Source of the DNA: Candidatus Rifleibacterium amylolyticum
GTDB lineage: Bacteria; Muiribacteriota; Ozemobacteria; Ozemobacterales; Ozemobacteraceae
Direction: 5' to 3'
NCBI GenBank assembly: GCA_009917695.1
Contig: JAACJG010000011.1
Span: forward strand, 92,997-156,996
DNA length: 64,000 bases
The translations under genes were made by a program, and so were the position numbers. Shown here piece by piece: positions 57,958-64,000 of this stretch; positions within the stretch are counted from its first letter, which is position 1; each line of letters begins with the position of its first letter. The notes under the pieces were generated by a model. It had not been told where the DNA came from. It worked only from the letters and a program-made list of their open reading frames with translations, and did not search any database.

Positions 57958-59628
57958 ATGAATAACAGCAAACACATCGCCTGGCCGGCCATTGCACAAC
58001 AGAAACACATCGCCTGGTGGCGGGGTGATAACGAACAACTGCACGCCGACAGCGAAAACACCGCTCGAATACTTGCCGAATCAGAAAAACCTGTATGTGT
58101 AGTTCTCAAAGATGGACAGCTTTGCTTTACCAACAGCGGGAACCTGTCGTTCGACCTCAATACCAGACCGGTAAAAAGCCTGCCGTTGCTGGCAATGCTG
58201 CCCCCCTGCCCGCTCGAACAGCTTGGCGACAGCTCATTCTGTCGTGATCACGGACTGCGCTACCCTTATCTTGGCGGTTCGATGGCACATGGCATCAGTT
58301 CCCCAGAAATCGCCATCGCACTCGGCCAGCATGGTATGCTTGGCTTTATCGGTGCCGCCGGCGACTCACCGGAAAAGGTCGAGAAGGCAATTCTGCGCAT
58401 GAAAAGCCTGCCGGAACCGGTGCCCTTTGGCTTCAATCTGATTCACAGCCCGAACGAAAGAGGTCTCGAAGACATAATTGTCGACCTCTATCTCAAACAC
58501 GAAGTTCGTCTGATCGAAGCTTCAGCCTTTCTTGCCATGTCGCTGCCACTGGTGCGCTACCGGGTAACCGGCATACACCAGGATGCCAGCGGTCGCATTG
58601 TTACTCCGAACAATATTATCGCCAAGGTCAGTCGCGTCGAAGTAGCCTCAAAATTCTTCGCACCGCCACCCGAAAAAATGCTCCAGCAGCTGGTTGCCTC
58701 AGGTGTTATCAGCGAAGCTCAGGCTCAGCTGGCCAGCCGCATACCTGTCGCGCAGGATCTTACATCTGAAGCAGATTCCGGTGGTCATACCGATAACCGC
58801 CCTGCAGTTTCCCTACACCCAACCATGGTAGCTCTCAAAAACCGCATGCAGCAGGAATACAACTACGAAATGCCACTTCGCGTCGGCTTTGGCGGCGGCA
58901 TCGGCACTCCGGCATCAGCTGCCGCCTGCTTCGCCATGGGTGCTGCCTATATAGTTGTCGGTTCGGTGCATCAGGCCTGTAATGAATCAGGCACTTCCGA
59001 TGCGGCCCGGGTAATGCTCGCCGGTGCCGGTCAGGCTGATATCGCCATGGCGCCGGCCGGCGACATGTTCGAAATGGGCGTAACCGTGCAGGTTCTCAAG
59101 CGCGGCACCATGTTCGCCATGCGCGCCCAGAAGCTTTACGAAATCTATCGAAAATACGACAGCATTGCCGCGATTCCGACGGCTGAGCGTCAGACTCTCG
59201 AAAAGACCGTCTTTCAGGACAGCCTCGATAACATCTGGGCGATGACCGCAGATTTTTTCAGACAGCGTGACCCATCTCAGCTTGAAAAAGCCGAAAAAGA
59301 CCCGCATCACAAGATGGCTCTGGTCTTCAGATGGTATCTCGGCAAATCGCCGCGCTGGGCTGTCGCAGGCGAAGAAGCGCGCAAGGTCGATTATCAGATC
59401 TGGTGTGGAGCCGCCATGGGCGCCTTCAATGAATGGGCAAAAGGCAGCATTTTTGAAGAACAGAAGAATCGCAGGGTCGTTGATGTCGCAATGAATCTGC
59501 TGCACGGCGCCGCTCTTGAACTGCGGCTGGGCCAGCTGCGCAGTCAGGGTGTCATTCTCTGCCCGGAACTCAACCGGGTTACCCCTCGCCCGCTCGACCA
59601 GATAGAACGCCTTGCTCACACCAGCTGA
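57958..59628 (+). CDS. pfaD: PfaD-family trans-acting enoyl reductase (PUFA/polyketide synthase ER, FMN-dependent)
   Basis: GAGGG lies 7 nt upstream of the ATG. ..SGGHTD.. and ..GFGGGIGTP.. are the FabK/PfaD hallmark blocks. The ~556-aa size fits. Confidence 0.7.
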   Translation: MNNSKHIAWPAIAQQKHIAWWRGDNEQLHADSENTARILAESEKPVCVVLKDGQLCFTNSGNLSFDLNTRPVKSLPLLAMLPPCPLEQLGDSSFCRDHGLRYPYLGGSMAHGISSPEIAIALGQHGMLGFIGAAGDSPEKVEKAILRMKSLPEPVPFGFNLIHSPNERGLEDIIVDLYLKHEVRLIEASAFLAMSLPLVRYRVTGIHQDASGRIVTPNNIIAKVSRVEVASKFFAPPPEKMLQQLVASGVISEAQAQLASRIPVAQDLTSEADSGGHTDNRPAVSLHPTMVALKNRMQQEYNYEMPLRVGFGGGIGTPASAAACFAMGAAYIVVGSVHQACNESGTSDAARVMLAGAGQADIAMAPAGDMFEMGVTVQVLKRGTMFAMRAQKLYEIYRKYDSIAAIPTAERQTLEKTVFQDSLDNIWAMTADFFRQRDPSQLEKAEKDPHHKMALVFRWYLGKSPRWAVAGEEARKVDYQIWCGAAMGAFNEWAKGSIFEEQKNRRVVDVAMNLLHGAALELRLGQLRSQGVILCPELNRVTPRPLDQIERLAHTS

Positions 59629-60343
59629 TACAGACCCTGATTTTGGTGCACAGCGCGCCGACATCTGGACAATCGATGTCGGGGAATTTGCCGCTGACAG
59701 CGTGCTGTTGCGAAGCTTTCTGCTGCCGGACGAACTGGAGCGCCATGCCCGTTTCGCCAGTCGCCAGACCGCAAATACCTGGCTGGCGGCGCGGGCGGGT
59801 CTGCGCTTTCTGCTCGGTCGCTATCTCGACGAAAACGTACGCGCACTGATCATCAAAACCGGCCCGAACGGCAAACCCTTTGTCGAGAACCACTTTCAGT
59901 TATGCTTCAATATCAGCCACAGCGGAAGCATTGCGGTAATTGCAATTACCGATCGTGACGTCGGTATAGACGTCGAACATCTCGAGCGCCAGGTCGATAC
60001 AGTTGCCGTTCTGCGCCGTTTTTTCTCGCCGGCCGAGCAGGCCAGTTATGCACAATACCAGCAGACAGACCCGCGCTGCACTTTCTTTCGCGGCTGGACC
60101 CGCAAAGAAGCTGTTCTCAAAGCAACCGGCGAAGGCATCGCCGGCCTCGCTCACAATGAAATCAGCTTCGCGCCCGCCCTTCCCCATGCCATGCAGACTT
60201 ATCGAAATTCGGCCGAAACTGCGCACACCTGGTTTTTTCACGAATTCGAGCCGGTGCCGGGCTATATCGCCGCACTCGCCTGCCAGTCGCCGCCTCTGCA
60301 GATAAAACACAACAGACTGCACAGTAACATGCTCTTCGCCTGA
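59612..60343 (+). CDS. Sfp/EntD-type 4'-phosphopantetheinyl transferase
   Basis: The motifs FNISHSG, GIDVE, and WTRKEAVLKATG are present. The gene overlaps the pfaD end. Confidence 0.75.
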   Translation: MLTPADTDPDFGAQRADIWTIDVGEFAADSVLLRSFLLPDELERHARFASRQTANTWLAARAGLRFLLGRYLDENVRALIIKTGPNGKPFVENHFQLCFNISHSGSIAVIAITDRDVGIDVEHLERQVDTVAVLRRFFSPAEQASYAQYQQTDPRCTFFRGWTRKEAVLKATGEGIAGLAHNEISFAPALPHAMQTYRNSAETAHTWFFHEFEPVPGYIAALACQSPPLQIKHNRLHSNMLFA

Positions 60344-60438
60344 GCATAAGCCCGACCTTCCCGCTGCAGTTAGTGCTTGATCATACTTGAGTTTCGTGGC
60401 ATTATCTATTCATATAGCAAGTTGTTGGAGAGAATAAA

Positions 60439-61068
60439 ATGGCAGGACGAGCAGCAAGAAAAAAAGACATAATTGAAAGCTACAATTATGGTGATTACGA
60501 AAAGTGGAAAGACTCAGACCGCTGGGAGATCATCGAAGGTGATATATATGCAATGTCGCCGGCTCCAAACACAGAGCATCAGACCTTGCTGGTAAATCTC
60601 TGCATAGCAGTCGGTGCTTTTTTAAAGGGGCATAAGTGCAAGCTTTTTGTTGCGCCCTATGACGTTCTTCTGCCGAAAGGCGACGAAGCGGACGAGCTTG
60701 TAAAAACAGTTGTACAGCCTGATCTTGCCGTCGTATGCGATGAAAAAAAGTTAACAGATCGCTCATGTCGTGGTGCACCTGACTGGATTATTGAAATCCT
60801 TTCGCATTCGACTGCAGGGCGCGACCAGATCCTCAAAAAGCGTATCTACGAAAGCGCCGGCGTCAGAGAATACTGGATCTGCAGCCCGCATGACCGTATC
60901 ATCTTCGTCTATTTACTCGACAAAAACAAGTTCACACTCTCTGAAGTCTACGACGAAACCGCAAAAATAGAGGTAAAGACCCTTCCTGGTCTGGCGATCG
61001 ACTGTGGCGAAATCTTTCCGCCAAAACCGCCGGAAGAAGTCAGAGAACCTGGTTTAGTATATATTTAA
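60439..61068 (+). CDS. Uma2-family (DUF820) endonuclease
   Basis: ..PDLAVV.., PDWIIEILSHST, and GVREYW match Uma2 signature blocks. Confidence 0.75.
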   Translation: MAGRAARKKDIIESYNYGDYEKWKDSDRWEIIEGDIYAMSPAPNTEHQTLLVNLCIAVGAFLKGHKCKLFVAPYDVLLPKGDEADELVKTVVQPDLAVVCDEKKLTDRSCRGAPDWIIEILSHSTAGRDQILKKRIYESAGVREYWICSPHDRIIFVYLLDKNKFTLSEVYDETAKIEVKTLPGLAIDCGEIFPPKPPEEVREPGLVYI

Positions 61069-61081
61069 ACAGGTGAGAGTA

Positions 61082-61798
61082 ATGAAAAACGAACCACTTC
61101 TTCAGATTAACGATGTATCCCGCAAGTTTGGAGAGATCTGCGTGCTGAACCGCCTGAGCATGGCGGTGCGGCGCGGCGAAATCTTCGGCCTTCTCGGACT
61201 CAATGGCGCCGGCAAAACGACTCTGTTCAAGTGTATTCTCAAGTTGATCAACACAGACGAAGGCTCGATTCTCTACGACAATAAGCCGCTCGAAGTGCCG
61301 GTGATTCACGAAAAAATTGGCTATCTGCCCGAATTTTATCTGCCGCCCGGCGAACTCAAGGCGCGCGAATATCTGCGCCTGCTGAGTATGGCGGTTTCGG
61401 GCCCGAAACCTGACGTTGATGCTCTGCTGCAGAAAACCGATCTCGATCCGCACAAGCTGATCGGCGACTATTCGCGCGGTATGATTCAGCGTCTCGGTCT
61501 CGCGATTGCACTGCTGAAATCGCCAGAGTTCATAATACTCGACGAGCCAACTCTCGGCCTCGATCCGCTGGTCAGGCTCAGGCTGCTCGACTGGTTGCGC
61601 GAACTCAATGCGCAGGGCAAAACGATTCTACTCTCCTCACATGATTTTTCACAGGTCGAAAAAATCTGTCAGCGCATCGCGGTTCTGCATGAACACCAGT
61701 TGCGCTACATAGGCCCTCTGGCTGATTTTCTCGAACAGCATAAGGTAAATTCTCTCGAAGATGCCTTCTTAAAAGAGATCGGAGGCATAAATGCGTAA
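61082..61798 (+). CDS. ABC transporter ATP-binding protein (ABC-2 type)
   Basis: It has the Walker A GLNGAGKTT, a Q-loop, a signature-like region, and the Walker B ILDEPT. Confidence 0.8.
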   Translation: MKNEPLLQINDVSRKFGEICVLNRLSMAVRRGEIFGLLGLNGAGKTTLFKCILKLINTDEGSILYDNKPLEVPVIHEKIGYLPEFYLPPGELKAREYLRLLSMAVSGPKPDVDALLQKTDLDPHKLIGDYSRGMIQRLGLAIALLKSPEFIILDEPTLGLDPLVRLRLLDWLRELNAQGKTILLSSHDFSQVEKICQRIAVLHEHQLRYIGPLADFLEQHKVNSLEDAFLKEIGGINA

Positions 61799-62552
61799 AA
61801 TGTTCGCCATGACTGCAATCACTTTTTTGCAGGGGTTCAGAACCCAGACCTTCAGAATTGTCGGTATGCTTTTTGTTGCTATCATGGCAATGACCTATGC
61901 GTTGCGCGTGCTGTCTATCGGTCACAAAGAAATGATGCTGCGCAGTTTTGGCCTGTCGGTAATGGAAATCAGCAGCCTTCTGCTCATAATTTTCGGCTGT
62001 GTGTCGAGCTTTTATCGTGAGCGTGAAACGCGATTACAGGCCATTCACCTGACCTACGTTTCTTCGTTCGACCACGTCCTCGGTCGCCTGCTTGGCAACT
62101 GTCTGCTGGTTGGCGTTTATACTCTGCTCGCCACTCTTGGTTGTGCTCTGGTGCTCTGGCACGAAGGGGCCTGGAGCTGGGTGTTCGTTATCGGTGCCTG
62201 GTCAATTTTTCTAAAACTCTGTATTATCTGCGCATTCTGTTCGCTGTTCGCCAATCTGTTCGGCTCAGCTGTCTTTGCATCGCTGATGACGGTCTTTGTC
62301 TATTTTGCCGCCGAATATGCCTCATACCCGCTGGCAATGATGCGGCGTGGCGCAACCGTCGTGCCGGAGAGCGTGTCTCGACTGGTATACCATCTGCTGC
62401 CCAACTTCGATAAAATCGACCTCAAATATGCCGCAATACATGGTGAAAACGTAGCCGGCATGCTGCTGATCGAAATAACACTCTATGTGGCTCTATACAT
62501 GGCTGTCGTGTTCATTCCGTCCTGGAGGTTTTTTGCACGCCATGAGCATTGA
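61791..62552 (+). CDS. ABC-2-type transporter permease
   Basis: A 253-aa protein with six predicted transmembrane helices. It overlaps the stop of the ATPase gene. Confidence 0.55.
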   Translation: MRKMFAMTAITFLQGFRTQTFRIVGMLFVAIMAMTYALRVLSIGHKEMMLRSFGLSVMEISSLLLIIFGCVSSFYRERETRLQAIHLTYVSSFDHVLGRLLGNCLLVGVYTLLATLGCALVLWHEGAWSWVFVIGAWSIFLKLCIICAFCSLFANLFGSAVFASLMTVFVYFAAEYASYPLAMMRRGATVVPESVSRLVYHLLPNFDKIDLKYAAIHGENVAGMLLIEITLYVALYMAVVFIPSWRFFARHEH

Positions 62553-63369
62553 GAAACTGCTGCAGCGTTTTGCCTGGCCTGTTTTCGTCGCTCTTTTTGC
62601 GTTGACTCTTTACATGTCATACAATTTCGGCAGCGAAGGCTCTGGATGGCGCAGCGATCAGGCTTTTGTTCCACAACCAGAATACGTCGCCCGCATGAGC
62701 GGGACCTACCGACCAGCTGTTGCACTGTTTTTTCTGATGCGTGGCGCCCTTGAGATTTCTGGTGAAACTGCGCATAAGATCGATATGGTTCTTGAACTTT
62801 TCAACCTCGTGCTCGAACTTGATCCTAAACTTGTTCAGGCTGCATTTCTTGGCGGACTTGTGGCGCCGACAACCGAAACGAGCCTTATCAAAGCGACGGC
62901 GTTTCTAGAAAAAGCCTGTGAACTCAACAAGGATAACTGGCGTATTCCATACTGGACCGGCTATAACCACCTTGAGCTCGAAAACATTAACAAAGGCTCC
63001 GAATATTACTGGAAAGCTTCGCGGCTTGAGGGTGCGCCGCCTTTTTTGCGCTATTCTGCCGCGAATCTGCCGATCGAAGGTCGTACTCTCGAAAGCGCCA
63101 TTCTCGAAACCGAAGGAATGCTTGAATCTGTTGACAATGACGATGCGCGCGAATGGATCGGCCAGCGCCTGATCTGGCTGCAGACTATGCTGCTGCTTGA
63201 ACACAGGTCACGCGACTTCAAAAATCAGGTCATGCGCTATCCCACTGATCTCAATGAACTGGTTGAGCGCGGCCTGATCAAAGAAATACCCAAAGACAGC
63301 TTCGGCAACGGATTTTATCTTGTGCACCCCGGCGATCCCGACAAAGGCTACATGGTTCGCAGCCTCTGA
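62542..63369 (+). CDS. hypothetical protein (single N-terminal TM, helical repeat body)
   Basis: I chose the start MSIEKLLQ, which overlaps the permease by 11 nt. I recognise no motif. Confidence 0.4.
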   Translation: MSIEKLLQRFAWPVFVALFALTLYMSYNFGSEGSGWRSDQAFVPQPEYVARMSGTYRPAVALFFLMRGALEISGETAHKIDMVLELFNLVLELDPKLVQAAFLGGLVAPTTETSLIKATAFLEKACELNKDNWRIPYWTGYNHLELENINKGSEYYWKASRLEGAPPFLRYSAANLPIEGRTLESAILETEGMLESVDNDDAREWIGQRLIWLQTMLLLEHRSRDFKNQVMRYPTDLNELVERGLIKEIPKDSFGNGFYLVHPGDPDKGYMVRSL

Positions 63370-63453
63370 AGCCGATGGTAATCAACCAATTCTCGGTGAG
63401 GCGTAAGACCTCCATCAACAGGGATCACGATGTTGGGGTGTGATTTTCCTGTT

Positions 63454-63542
63454 CGTCATCCTGCCCGCTTCGAGGTCGCAGGATCCAGAAAAGCGCTAAA
63501 AATGGATTCTGCGACTTCGCCTGACGGCTCGCGCAGAATGAC
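63454..63542. repeat. MITE/REP-like palindromic element, copy B (inverted relative to 47177-47272)
   Basis: The terminal inverted repeats are gtcatcctgc ... gcgcagaatgac. It shares the core gcgaagtcgcagaatccat ... ggatcctgcgac with copy A. Confidence 0.6.
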
Positions 63543-63619
63543 GCTGATTTTGTTCGAGAGCGCTGATGGTTTTCATCGTATTGTTTCACAAGCGGGGGCA
63601 ATTGAGTTATACTGCCTGA

Positions 63620-64000
63620 ATGCTGCTGAAACATAAACAGACAACCGCGACGACGCTGGTCGAGATTCTTATCGCAACTACGATTCTGGCATTCACGCTG
63701 GCGCCGATCGTTGCCATGTTCACCTTCGCCTCACGCAGCATGGGTTCGAGCGTTCACCGAATTCAGGCGCAGTTCCTCGCCCACGCCGTGCTCGAATCGC
63801 TCAAGGCTGAAGCCCATCGCTATCCCGCCGCCATCACCCGCTATCCGAGCCGCTTCGAAGTCTCGCCCGTGCGCAAGCCACTCGGCTTCTTTTCGACATC
63901 GAGCATCAACTTCTTCAACAATATCCTCGGCCCTGACAAGCCAATAACCAGCGATTCGCCGCTATATGACGAGTTCAGCCAGTTCCGCATCATGGTCACG
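63620..64000 (+). CDS. prepilin-type N-terminal cleavage/methylation domain protein (pseudopilin-like), 3'-truncated by the window edge
   Basis: My own translation from the ATG at 63620 gives MLLKHKQTTATTLVEILIATTILAFTLAPIVAMF. It is a class-III signal-peptide-like sequence with Glu at +5, although Gly at -1 is replaced. The frame stays open to the window end. Confidence 0.45.
   Translation, partial: MLLKHKQTTATTLVEILIATTILAFTLAPIVAMFTFASRSMGSSVHRIQAQFLAHAVLESLKAEAHRYPAAITRYPSRFEVSPVRKPLGFFSTSSINFFNNILGPDKPITSDSPLYDEFSQFRIMVT

Noticed and set aside
1-64000. rRNA or tRNA genes, transposases, integrases, prophage genes
   Set aside because: I could not recognise any. All intergenic gaps longer than 100 bp were inspected. 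None shows tRNA-like cloverleaf arms or IS terminal repeats with a transposase ORF.

Overview
This 64-kb window is chromosomal DNA from an unassigned Gram-negative bacterium, roughly 50-55% GC, with dense coding on both strands. Housekeeping genes include the clpP 3' end, rpsI-rplM-truA, two cytidine-deaminase-like genes, a thrABC operon and a five-gene oppABCDF peptide ABC-transporter operon. The rest is accessory content, much of it secreted or membrane proteins, including several unusual domain fusions. I found no rRNA, tRNA, CRISPR array or transposase. The most striking candidate system is a tightly coupled minus-strand operon at 12953-15425. It encodes a ParB-N-domain protein, a spore-photoproduct-lyase-like radical SAM enzyme and an MTA/5'-deoxyadenosine-nucleosidase-family enzyme. 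It is followed by an AT-rich divergent control region with a perfect 14-bp inverted repeat. Other notable modules are a class-V aminotransferase/GH99-like (WbsX)/radical-SAM operon, a prokaryotic pentameric ligand-gated ion channel homologue, a REC-REC-PEP-utilising-domain fusion next to a rhodanese, a MOSC-domain fusion, an orphan pfaD-pfaE-like pair, and a family of about 90-100-bp palindromic intergenic elements. Coordinates of starts are my best calls from RBS inspection and may be off by one alternative start codon.
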